Positions 1-11,572 are shown, counted from the first letter of the stretch. The stretch is DNA of 64,000 bases from Octopus sinensis (GCF_006345805.1 NC_042997.1:140430001-140494000), one strand, 5' to 3'. Made by a program: numbers and translations. Notes: generated by a model from the letters alone, not told the origin.

Positions 1-1140
1 ATTTAATCCGACTCTTCTGCTTTCCTAACCCCTGGCGTTCATGCTACCGATGACCAGCGATGAAGTATCTCCTTCTGTGAAATAATAAACTATTATTGTT
101 ATTTATTCAGCTATTCGTGTTCCTGCCGTTTTATTCCCTTCTAGAACATTGTAGGGAAATGTGTGAGGCACCCTACAAGTGCAGATATCACACAGAGATA
201 GATAACTAACAATAAATGTTTTATTATTATTGCTCTCCTCAGTTTTGGGGTGAAGGCTCCCAATTGGCGCTCCGCAGTAGCTAGCTTAAAAGTCCGCATG
301 GAGTGCGAACTTTTAAGCTAGTAAGAAATTAGGTAGGAAAAAACACACGTTTTTATTGATTATGTACGATATTCTGACTCCTGAGAATAAGTAATTTTTA
401 ATCCTGGAAACGCGTAGTAAGCAAGATTTCTTTAAAACTCTGATATCTATCTACTTTTGAGCCGGGAATGCTCTTACATTAAGTACATTACACTCCCGCT
501 GAGTCAGTTGACAAAGATACTTAGTGTTAAACTTAAACTGAACTATGACATGTATGAGTATTAATTACCTGTAGGGACACAGTAAGCATTGTTATCACAG
601 TAGGAAACAGTATTGACTAATAAATCGTTTAATATAAACTTTGTAGTATATTATTACATGAATATGCTTACATGTTAGTTTGTATCTTGTTTATGTACGG
701 CAGGGTCGGCACTCCCAGCCAATTTCATCATTAAAAAATTGTTTTTGATACATAACAGGGACATACCGATGCATTTCAATATAAAACTGAACAGATTTCC
801 TCACCAGTCGGAGCACCGGGACAGATTTTTCAAATTACGATGCTTTGGTAACATTAACTGTGTATGTATGTATGTATGTATGTATGTATGTATGTATGTA
901 TGTATGTATGTATGTATGTATGTATGTATGTATGTATGTATGTATGTATGTATGTATGTATGTGTGCCTCTCAGCTGGAGGTCTAAAAAGACATGTTAAG
1001 AGAGTGCATATGGTGGCACCTGTTCCTCTTGCCAGCCAGCACAGTTGTTTAGTATGTAATAAAATGTGTAAAAGCTTGGCCAAACTTGAAATTCATATAA
1101 GGGCCTCACATGGCAACAGTCATGAATCTTTTCAGTAAGT
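1..1140 (+). repeat. Segment A, paralog copy 1 (truncated by window start)
   Basis: Near-identical to 10049-11140 (direct) and to the reverse complement of ~4036-5091; copies differ by substitutions and small indels. Confidence 0.9.
963..1138 (+). pseudogene. C2H2 zinc-finger-coding fragment, probably the 3' end of a LINE ORF
   Basis: Reads CLSAGGLKRHVKRVH...HSCLVCNKMCKSLAKLEIHIRASH (C-x2-C-x12-H-x4-H). It begins abruptly after (TATG)n and has no real start codon. Paralogs at ~4000-4210 (-) and ~10968-11195 (+). Confidence 0.55.
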
Positions 1141-1243
1141 CATTTGACTGTGGCCTTGCAGTCACACACACAAAACATATCCAAACATCATGTGAATACT
1201 GTGCACATACATACATACATACATACATACATACATACATACA

Positions 1244-1275
<32 letters not shown>

Positions 1276-1279
1276 CACA

Positions 1280-1636
1280 CACATCATAGTCATGTGTTGA
1301 GAGGAGTTCTTTGGGGTTTGGATGATTCACCTTTGAAAACATGGGTGTTTCGTTCAATATCTTTAAACAATCCTTATTCACTGACCTTTTGAGCGGGATA
1401 GGCTACTCGACCTGAAGAGAATTCTAACTGGGCCCCACCTGCAAATTCATGTGCTGTTTATCTTGATATGGAATCACCATGTCGCACACATACGATTGTG
1501 ATGCATGCGCCTGGTGTACCCTTATCAGACGGGTAGTCATGATGGGTATGCTGGACTTCGTATATTTTACCCCAATGTTTCACTCAATAATATAACAACA
1601 ACAACACTAATAATAATAGTAATAATAATAATAATA

Positions 1637-1679
<43 letters not shown>

Positions 1680-1680
1680 G
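1280..1680 (+). mobile_element. Non-coding interspersed repeat with (AAT)n tail (retroposon 3' end or SINE-like)
   Basis: Same sequence at ~22420-22770 (-) and 30152-30641 (+); ends in (AAT)n. Confidence 0.65.
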
Positions 1681-1798
1681 GGGCATCATATGAACAGATA
1701 ACAATTTGTGAGGGAATTTACATATATAGTGGGGGAGAAAGAAATGGGAAAGGTAGTGAATGTGATAAAAGTACACAAAATATATAAAGTATGTAATA

Positions 1799-2734
1799 TG
1801 TTCCGAAGGACTTTTGGACCAGGGCCCACGGATAATTTCCAGAAAGCACTGACCTAACAGTGCTACCGGAAGACTTAATCGGTCTAAGATAAGATAGGAG
1901 AAACTCCAGTTAGTACCCACAGATCCAAGATTACCCTGATCATCAAAAGTACAAGCCCTCTCTCAATATTTTCTTTATTAGCAACTAAGGATTGACAAAA
2001 ACATTAAAGATGGTAGAGGACGATTTTGCAAGGGATTACATAAAAGAGCGTGTAAAAAATTAAATACCAAAAACAAAGAGGAAAAAATTCAAAAAGCATA
2101 ATTTCACCCAAATAGGAAACCTCCAAGGGCTACTCGTGGGAACTTCTTAAAACCACAGTCATCGTGAACAAGTGCCCTTACCAATTGTCCTTCTGCAATC
2201 TACAAGTGCATGTTCAGAGCAGGCCTGTTCACTCGGACCATGCACACCACTCACATCCACCCGTTAGCAGATTTGCTGTGAAGTAGCACTTCCTTCTCCA
2301 CCCTCACTTACCCTTTCGAGTAAAACTTCCTAAGAGGAAGGTGGGTTTTTTTTTGTTTTTTTTTGCCTTTCCAATCTAGACCACCACACAACCCCTTTCG
2401 CTAAGCCACCAGGCAGATAAACTTTGCTTGCCTTTCATAACCATAAAGAAAAAGCGGCGGAACGATCCTCAGAACAGACTCGGTTGATAGCCGGAATCGC
2501 TCTATACATGAGAGTATCTGTTTGTCATAACTCCACAAAGCAGTAATGCTCGGGCATTGGATCAGTGCGAGCAGAACAGCTTCATCGCTCTATGCGCATC
2601 TCAAACAGGCCTGACTGCGGCACCTCCGTACAAGTAGAGTTTATCTTAGACCGATAAAGCCATCCGGTAGCACTGCTAGGTCAGTGTTTTCCGGAAATTA
2701 TCCGTGGGCCCCGGCCCAAAAGTCCTTCGGAACA
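1799..2734. mobile_element. Non-autonomous TIR-bounded element, ~95-bp TIRs, TGT...ACA termini
   Basis: Left TGTTCCGAAGGACTTTTGG...GTCTAAGATAA; right TTATCTTAGACC...CCAAAAGTCCTTCGGAACA. No ORF and no TSD seen. Paralog at ~17270-18212, partial copy at ~9721-9950. Confidence 0.6.
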
Positions 2735-3473
2735 GACCAGCTGGTTGATTTTCGTTAACCTCCAAAGTTTTCTCGAGAATGTCGTTATTATTGCCCACTA
2801 CCAACCTTCTATAGAATATCAAAGTGTGACTTCTACTGACTGCATTGCGTGACTGGAAGAAGGCCGTAAGCAGCTGACGATATTCCGGATGATAATAGAA
2901 TCTGATTTAGGCGCACACCAGAGATTTTCAGAGGAGGGAACAAGGCGATTTCATTGGCCCGACCCCAATACTTGACTGTGACTTTATTTTATCAAACAAG
3001 CAGACTTATGATCAAAAATACTTCAGCAGTGACCATCTCATCATTTTTAAGGGCATGTTTGACTTCATTACCCTTTGTGTCCTATTCTTATATATGATGT
3101 GATTTGAGGGAGATTGGAGTATTATTTCTACCAATTAGCTGAACCACCCAGAGACATTCGTTGGCCCGTAATGTAATTCATGCCTCTGTCCAGGACTTTT
3201 AGCACAGCGACATTCAGCAGGTCATCGTAAAAGTTGACGAAGCAAAGGACAAGATGGCTACGTGTTACATGATATGCAACAAGCTTCTAATGTATATATT
3301 CCAATCTTAGAGACTCCATGCAAGTGCGCAGTGTGCGCTTTGGCTTCTATATGAAAAACAAAACAGCGTCCAATCGCACATGTGTGTGATTGTGCATATG
3401 TGTGCATACGTAGGCAAACAGATACATAGTACATACATACATACATACATACATACATACATACATACATACA

Positions 3474-3880
3474 GGCGTAGGAGTGGCTGTATGGTAAGTA
3501 GCTTGTTTACCAACCACATGGTTCCGGGTTCAGTCCCACTGCGTGGCACCTTGGGCAAGTGTCTTCTACTATAGCCTCGGGCCGACCAAATCCTTGTGAG
3601 TGGATTTGGTAGACGGAAACTGAAAGAAGCCCGTCGTATATATGTATATATATATGTATGTGTGTGTATATGTTTGTGTCTGTGTTTGTCCCCCCAACAT
3701 CGCTTGACAACCGATGCTGGTGTGTTTACGTCCCCGTAACTTAGCGGTTCGGCAAAAGAGACTGATAGAATAAGTACTCGGCTTACAAACAATAAGTCCT
3801 GGGGTCGATTTGCTCGACTAAAGGTGGTGCACCAGCAAGGCCACAGTCAAATGACTGAAACAATAAAAGAGTAAAAGAGA
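3474..3880 (+). mobile_element. tRNA-derived CORE-like SINE (family 1) with internal microsatellite
   Basis: Head GGCGTAGGAGTGGCTGT..GGTAAG..GGGTTCAGTCCC (A/B-box-like), CORE-like CCTTGGGCAAGT, and a 3' domain ending CAGTCAAATGACTGAAAC; many copies in the window. Confidence 0.8.
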
Positions 3881-3933
3881 ATACGTACATACGTACGTAC
3901 GTACATACGTACGTACGTACATACATACATACA

Positions 3934-3965
<32 letters not shown>

Positions 3966-4035
3966 CATACATACATACATACATGACATATGACAGCTGC
4001 ATCCTCGTTACACGAGAAAAGCCATTGCCAAAAAG

Positions 4036-5188
4036 ACTTACTGAAAAGATTCATGATTGTTGCCATGTGAGGCCCTTATATGAATTTCAAGTCTGGCAAA
4101 GCTTTTACACATTCTATTACATACTAGACAACTGTGCTGGCTGGCAGGAGGAACAGGTGCCACCATATGCACTCTCTTAACATGTCTTTTTAGACCTCCA
4201 GCTGAGAGGCATACATACATACATACATACATACACAGTTAATGTTACCAAAGCATCGTAATTTGAAAAATCTGTCCCGGTGCTCCGACTGGTGAGGAAA
4301 TCTGTTCAGTTTTATATTGAAATGCATCGGTATGTCCCTGTTATGTATCAAAAACAATTTTTTAATGATGAAATTGGCTGGGAGTGCCGACCCTGCCGTA
4401 CATAAACAAGATACAAACTAACATGTAAGCATATTCATGTAATAATATACTACAAAGTTTATATTAAACGATTTATTAGTCAATACTGTTTCCTACTGTG
4501 ATAACAATGCTTACTGTCTCGCTACAGGTAATTAATACTCATACATGTCATAGTTCAGTTTAAGTTTAACACTAAGTATCTTTGTCAACTGACTCAGCGG
4601 GAGTGTAATGTACTTAATGTAAGAGCATTCCCGGCTCAAAAGTAGATAGATATCAGAGTTTTAAAGAAATCTTGCTTACTACGCGTTTCCAGGATTAAAA
4701 ATTACTATTCTCAGGAGTCAGAATATCGTACATAATCAATAAAAAACGTGTGTTTTTCCTACCTAATCTCTTACTAGCTTAAAAGTTCGCACTCCATGCG
4801 GACTTTTAAGCTAGCTACTGCGGAGCGCCAATTGGGAGCCTTCACCCCAAAACTGAGGAGAGCAATAATAATAAAACATTTATTGTTAGTTATCTATCTC
4901 TGTGTGATATCTGCACTTGTAGGGTGCCTCACACATTTCCCTACAATGTTCTAGAAGGGAATAAAACGGCAGGAACACGAATAGCTGAATAAATAACAAT
5001 AATAGTTTTTATTTCACAGAAGGAGATACTTCATCGCTGGTCATCGGTAGCATGAACGCCAGGGGTTAGGAAAGCAGAAGAGTCGGATTAATCACCACTG
5101 TTAAAACAGTCTTCACCGCCTGCGGAGTCTGGTTAGCCATTCGAGTCTGGTTCGCCCTTTGCTCGGAGCCTTGTTGGGACACGTTTTA
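4036..5188 (-). repeat. Segment A, paralog copy 2 (inverted)
   Basis: Reverse complement of 9953-11140 and of 1-1140. Confidence 0.9.
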
Positions 5189-5404
5189 ATTTATCGACCG
5201 CCAAGAGCCAAGAGGCTTGGAATAGCGGGAAAGGCTAACTGCCCTTGATTACTGCGCATGCGCATCAGGGGACTTTCGGCGGCCTACCGGAAGACACTAA
5301 ACATTGCACATGCGCAGATGGACATCAAAAAATGGCGTCTAAAACCTGGCGTCACTACACTACCAATCAGGTTTATATCACAGAGAATCACATTGGAGAA
5401 TTTT

Positions 5405-5610
5405 GTATCACTGTGACATTTAGAGATCACAGTAAAGCAGCAGATGAACAATATTCTTCGTTTTACCATCTGGTGTTACTACGAAGAGATTGTTGCCATT
5501 TCCAACTCTGGAACAACCAACCTAGAGCTGACCGCGGAAAAAAAGCATTGCTGAATGAGGTGAAGTCCAACAATTTTGAGTGATTGTCCTTGATTCTTGT
5601 TAATTCTATT
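5405..5610 (-). pseudogene. Helitron PIF1-type helicase C-terminal remnant
   Basis: Minus strand reads INKNQGQSLKIVGLHLIQQCFF/RGQL*VGCSRVGNGNNLFVVTPDGKTKNIVH (one frameshift, one stop). This matches the Helitron TINKSQGQSL...HGQLYVACSRV...KTKNIVY pattern. Confidence 0.8.
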
Positions 5611-5639
5611 ATTGTAGGTAACGGGGGTGACTGTTACAA

Positions 5640-8430
5640 TGTTTTTGGTATTAAAGTCAAACAGTTTAGTATTAAATTCAAAAATGTTTCTGTCAGTTTT
5701 CTTATACAGAATGTCGCATTTGAAGTAACTCTTGTAAACCGTTTGAAACCTCTCACGGCCGCCTTACTTGCTAGAAATAGCAGCCCAAATGCTCTTACAA
5801 CAGATCCCAATGCTGGATGTTCATGTACCAAATGAAGGTCAGATTTTCAATCCTGGGATCATACTGATTTCAAAGAGGTATAATATGTCTTTGTAGAGCA
5901 AATGTATTCTTTTTATACATAAGTTATATTTCTATGGTAACGTAATTTTGGTTTGATTTTTTTAACGGCTTAGAATTTAATTTCACTTCATAATTTGAAA
6001 CTGACTTGTAAGTATGTATTTTATTTCTCCTTATGTCATATTGTTATTTTTGATATTCTGGTTAATTACGATGTATTTAATGTTGTTTTTCATTGGAGTG
6101 TTTATGTATATGAGATTGTGTGTGAGTTTTTAGTTGTATAATTTATTTATCTGTATGAGTGTGGGTGTGTAAATATTGTTGTATATATCGAGTTTAGTGA
6201 GTATGTATATGCGTATATGTGAGGGAGTATATGTATCTGTTGTGTGTGTGTGTTTTGCGTGTGTGTGTGTTTGTGTGTGAATGTGTATATGGGTTTGTTA
6301 TATAGGTTTGGGGATGTATGTGTTAATTTGTCTGTGTGGGGAGGGAGTGGGTTTTTGGTGTATATTGAGGTTTATAAGTTAGTATAGGTATGTGTGAGTG
6401 AGGTGGGTATTTGTATAAGTCGTGGGTCTGTGGTTTACGTGTGTGTATTTGTGTGTGAATGTTTAGGTTAGGGGGATTGCTATATAGGTTTGTTATAGAG
6501 TTTAGCAAAGGGAGATTTTATCGTTATATGTTTTTAAGAGTTTTGGTTTATCATGTTTTTTTTAGGGAATTCGTGGTAATTTGTCTATTTTCGATGTTTG
6601 TTGTTTTATTACATTGTTTCATTCATAATTTTTGAGTGGTGTTCGTTTTGCCACGTGAATATTATTTTTAATTCCATTTATTCCATTTCTCCATTCATTA
6701 TTTTAAAAGATGTTCGTTTCCAGAGCGGTAATACTTTTTATACATATGTTAAGTTCCTTGGTAACGTAATTTTGTTTGGTGTATATGTTGAGGCTTATAT
6801 GTACTTGTGGGTGTGTGTGAGTGGGGTGGGTGTTTGTATTTGTTATGGGTGTGTGGTTTACGTGTGTGTATTTGTGTGTGAATGTATAGGTTAAAGGGAT
6901 TGCTATATAAGTATGTTATAGTGTTTAGTAAAGGGAGGTTTTATCATTTATGTTTTTGTGAGTTTTAGTTTATCATGGTAGTTTTATAAAAGAATCCATT
7001 CATAATTTTTTTTAAATAATGTTGGTTTACCGCGTGTATATAATTTTTAATTCCATTTATTCTATTTCTCCATTCATAATTTTAAGTGAGGTTTGCTTCC
7101 ATAGCGCGTATTCTTTTTATACATAAGTTATGTTCCTATGGTAACGTAATTTGGTTTGATGTTTTTAACGGATTAGAATTTAATTTCACTTCATAATTTG
7201 AAACTGACTTGAAAGTATGTATATTATTTCTCCTTAAGTCATATTATTATTTTTGATATTCTGGTTACTTACGATGTATTTTATATATCGTATTATGTGT
7301 AATAATGTTGTTTTTCTTTGGAGTGTTTATGTATGTGGGATTGTGTGTGAGTGTGTGCGTATTTTGGTTGTGTAGTTTGTTTATCTGTATGAATGTGGGT
7401 GTGTTAATATTGTTGTATATGTCGAGTTTGGTGAGTATGTATATGTATATGGTGTGTGTTTTACGTATGTATATTTGTGTGTGAATGTGTTTATGGGTTT
7501 GCTATTTAGGTTTGGGGATGTATGTGTTTATTTGTCTGTGTGGGGTTGAGTGGGTTTTTGGAGTATATGTTGAGGTTTATATGTATGTATAGGTATGTGT
7601 AAGTGGTGTGGGTATTTGTATATGTCGTGGGTGTGTGGTTTACGTGTGTGTATTTGTGTGTGAATGTTTAGGTTAGGGGGATTGCTATATAGGTATGTTA
7701 TAGAGTTTAGTAAAGGGAGATTTTATCATTATATGTTTTTTATGAGTTTTGGTTTATCATGGTAGGTTTGTTAAGGAATTCGTAGTAATTTGTGTCTATT
7801 TGCGATGTCTGTTGTTTTATTGCATTGTTTCATTCATAATTTTTAAGTAGTGCTCGTTTTACCAAGTGAATATAATTTTTAATTCCATTTATTCCATTTC
7901 TCCGTTCATAATTTTAAGTGATGTCCGTTTCTAGAGCGGGAATGTGGGTTGTATGTGTGTGTGTGGGAGTATGAATAAGTATTGTGTTGAAGTATTTAGC
8001 TATTTTATTTATTTATAGTTGCCTAGACGTTTTTATGTGTATGTATAGGGATATATATATAGGTGTGTGATTTAGTGTATGTAGTTAGATATGGTTATAT
8101 ATAATTAGTTATATGTGTATGGGTGTATATATAGTTTATTATTATATTATTATTATTTTTTTGTTTTGTTTTATATTTTATATTTTATATTTTATATTTT
8201 ATATTTTATATTTAATTGTTGATAGGTTTATTTTAGTTTATATATTGTTTATATATTGATTATATATGGATTATATATAGGTTATATATGGATTATATAT
8301 TTATATTTTTCATTAATACTTTAATTATTTTAAAATTATTATTTTTATATTTTAAAATATTGATATTTTAGATTGGAAGTCCACCTGAAGATTGTCGATC
8401 AAGACAAGAAACAATTGTAGTGGCGGTTTT
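5640..8430. mobile_element. Probable Penelope-like element remnant with internal ~1.2-kb tandem duplication of GT-rich sequence
   Basis: ~5895-6745 is repeated at ~7095-7935, with a partial unit between. It ends in a T-rich tract plus a hammerhead motif at 8381-8423. Minus-strand ...SNATFCIR...CLTLIPKTL is only weakly reminiscent of PLE N-termini. Confidence 0.4.
8381..8423 (+). ncRNA. Minimal type I hammerhead ribozyme (PLE type)
   Basis: CCAC-CTGAAGA-TTGTC(GATCAA)GACAA-GAAA-CAATTG-TA-GTGG: stem I 4 bp, stem II 5 bp, intact core, palindromic stem III (ACAATTGT), GUA cleavage triplet. Confidence 0.75.
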
Positions 8431-8508
8431 TTTTGACTATTTATTAAAATTTTATGTATTGATTAAGTCTTTCCTTGTTTTTGCAAAATAGTGGTTTTGT
8501 CTCTAATA

Positions 8509-8627
<119 letters not shown>

Positions 8628-8675
8628 AATATATACATGTAGGTCCCGGGTGAGTCGGGGTTAACCACAGTAAAT

Positions 8676-8780
8676 AAGGAGCTTCTACAGGACTAGAACT
8701 GCTTCATTCAAAAGAAATCATCAGGAAGCTCCTGATGATTTCTTTTGAATGAAACAGTTCTAGTCCTGTAGAAGCTCCTT
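8676..8780. repeat. 51-bp-arm palindrome made of two head-to-head hammerhead motifs
   Basis: Arms 8676-8726 and 8730-8780, 1 mismatch, 3-nt centre. Each arm reads CTGATGA-TTTCTTTTGAAT-GAA(A/G)-CAG..CTG-TA-GAAGCT outward. Confidence 0.8.
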
Positions 8781-8814
8781 CTATAATATATATATATATA
8801 TATATAATATATAT

Positions 8815-8847
<33 letters not shown>

Positions 8848-8849
8848 CA

Positions 8850-9952
8850 TATATACGACGGGCTTCTTTCAGTTTCCGTCTACCAAATCCACTCACAAGG
8901 CTTTGGTCGGCCCGAGGATATAGTAGAAGACACTTGCCCAAGGTGCCACGCAATGGGACTGAACCCGGAACCATGTGGTTCGTAAGCAAGCCACTTACCA
9001 CACAGCCACTCCTACGCCTGTATGTATGTACGTATCTGTTTGCCTACGTATGCACACATATGCAGACGCACACACATGTGCGATTGGCCTCTGTTTTGTT
9101 TTTCATATAGAAGCCAAAAGCGCACAATGCGCACTCGCGTGGAGTCTCTAAGATTGGAATATATACATTAGAAGCTTGTTGCATATCATGTAACACGTAG
9201 CCATCTTGTCCTTTGCTTCGTCAACTTTTACGATGTCCTGCTGAATGTCGCTGTGTTAAAAGTCCTGGACAGAGGCATGAATTACATTACGGGCCAACGA
9301 ATGTCTCTGGGTGGTTCAGCTAATTGGTAGAAATAATACTCCAATCTCCCTCAAATCACATCATATATAAGAATAGGACACAAAGGGTAATGAAGTCAAA
9401 CATACCCTTAAAAATGATGAGATGGTCATTGCTGAAGTATTTTTGATCATAGGTCTGCTTGTTTGATAAAATAAAGTCACAGTCAAGTATTGGGGTCGGG
9501 CCAATGAAATCGCCTTGTTCCCTCCTCTGAAAATCTCTGGTGTGCGCCTAAATCAGATTCTATTATCATCCGGAATATCGTCAGCTGCTTACGGCCTTCT
9601 TCCAGTCACGCAATGCAGTCAGTGGAAGTCACACTTTGATATTCTATAGAAGGTTGGTAGTGGGCAATAATAACGACATTCTCGAGAAAACTTTGGAGGT
9701 TAACGAAAATCAACCAGCTGGTCTGTTCCGAAGGACTTTTGGGCCGGGGCCCACGGATAATTTCCGGAAAACACTGACCTAGCAGTGCTACCGGAAGGCT
9801 TTATCGGTCTAAGATAAACTCTACTTGTACGGAGGTGCCGCAACCAGGCCTGTTTGAGATGCGCATAGAGCGATGAAGTTGTTCTGCTCGCACTAATCCA
9901 ATGCCCGAGCATTGCTGCTTTGTGGAGTTATGACGAACAGATACTCTCATGT
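8850..9952 (-). repeat. Partial third copy of segment B containing an empty Gypsy target site
   Basis: Reverse complement of ~2545-3640; direct repeat of 11850-12274 + 16810-17480; contains AAAAGTCCTGGACAGAGG uninterrupted at ~9258-9276. Confidence 0.9.
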
Positions 9953-11510
9953 AAAACGTGTCCCAACAAGGCTCCGAGCAAAGGGGCGAACCAGACTCGA
10001 AGGGCTAACCAGACTCCGCAGGCGGTGAAGACTGTTTTAACCGTGGTGATTTAATCCGACTCTTCTGCTTTCCTAACCCCTGGCGTTCATGCTTACCGAT
10101 GACCAGCGATGAAGTATCTCCTGTGAAATAATAAACTATTATTGTTATTTATTCAGCTATTCGTGTTCCTGCCGTTTTATTCCCTTCTAGAACATTGTAG
10201 GGAAATGTGTGAGGCACCCTACAAGTGCAGATATCACACAGAGATAGATAACTAACAATAAATGTTTTATTATTATTGCTCTCCTCAGTTTTGGGGTGAA
10301 GGCTCCCAATTGGCGCTCCGCAGTAGCTAGCTTAAAAGTCCGCATGGAGTGCGAACTTTTAAGCTAGTAAGAGATTAGGTAGGAAAAAACACACGTTTTT
10401 ATTGATTATGTACGATATTCTGACTCCTGAGAATAAGTAATTTTAATCCTGGAAACGCGTAGTAAGCAAGATTTCTTTAAAACTCTGATATCTATCTACT
10501 TTTGAGCCGGGAATGCTCTTACATTAAGTACATTACACTCCCGCTGAGTCAGTTGACAAAGATACTTAGTGTTAAACTTAAACTGAACTATGAGATGTAT
10601 GAGTATTAATTACCTGTAGGGACACAGTAAGCATTGTTATCACAGTAGGAAACAGTATTGACTAATAAATCGTTTAATATAAACTTTGTAGTATATTATT
10701 ACATGAATATGCTTACATGTTAGTTTGTATCTTGTTTATGTACGGCAGGGTCGGCACTCCCAGCCAATTTCATCATTAAAAAATTGTTTTTGATACATAA
10801 CAGGGACATACCGATGCATTTCAATATAAAACTGAACAGATTTCCTCACCAGTCGGAGCACCGGGACAGATTTTTCAAATTACGATGCTTTGGTAACATT
10901 AACTGTGTATGTATGTATGTATGTATGTATGTATGTATGTATGTATGTATGTATGTATGTATGTATGTGTGCCTCTCAGCTGGAGGTCTAAAAAGACATG
11001 TTAAGAGAGTGCATATGGTGGCACCTGTTCCTCCTGCCAGCCAGCACAGTTGTCTAGTATGTAATAAAATGTGTAAAAGCTTGGCCAGACTTGAAATTCA
11101 TATAAGGGCCTCACATGGCAACAATCATGAATCTTTTCAGTAAGTCTTTTTGGCAATGGCTTTTTTCGTGTAACGAGGATGCAGCTGTCATATGTCATGT
11201 ATGTATGTATGTATGTATGTATGTATGTATGTATGTATGTATGTATGTATGTATGTATGTATGCATGAATGTATGTATATATGTATGTATGTATGTATGT
11301 ACGTATTCTCTTTTACTCTTTTATTTGTTTCAGTCATTTGACTGTGGCCTTGCTGGGGCACCACCTTTAGTCGAGCGAATCGACCCCAGGACTTATTGTT
11401 TGTAAGCCGAGTACTTATTCTATCGGTCTCTTTTGCGGGGACGTAAACACACCAGCATCGGTTGTCAAGCGATGTTGGGGGGACAAACACAGACACACAA
11501 ACATACACAC
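9953..11510 (+). repeat. Segment A copy 3 plus SINE 3' domain
   Basis: Reverse complement of ~3670-5188. Confidence 0.9.
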
Positions 11511-11572
11511 ACACACACACACACCACACAACACACACACCACACACACACACACACACACCACACACACAC

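Larger units (their letters stand above)
1160..3660 (+). repeat. Segment B, insertion-free paralog copy
   Basis: Reverse complement of 11850-12274 + 16810-18399 + 22357-22865, i.e. the same sequence without the Gypsy and R4/Dong insertions. A partial third copy lies at 8850-9952. Confidence 0.9.

Noticed and set aside
378-420. GAAACGCGTAG motif suggesting a hammerhead in segment A
   Set aside because: No upstream CTGANGA core or stem I complement (CTGAGAA only); at best a dead remnant.
3474-3545. tRNA-like sequences at SINE heads (also 32875, 45020, 53989, 60164)
   Set aside because: No complete cloverleaf or acceptor stem, and they run into SINE bodies; not tRNA genes.
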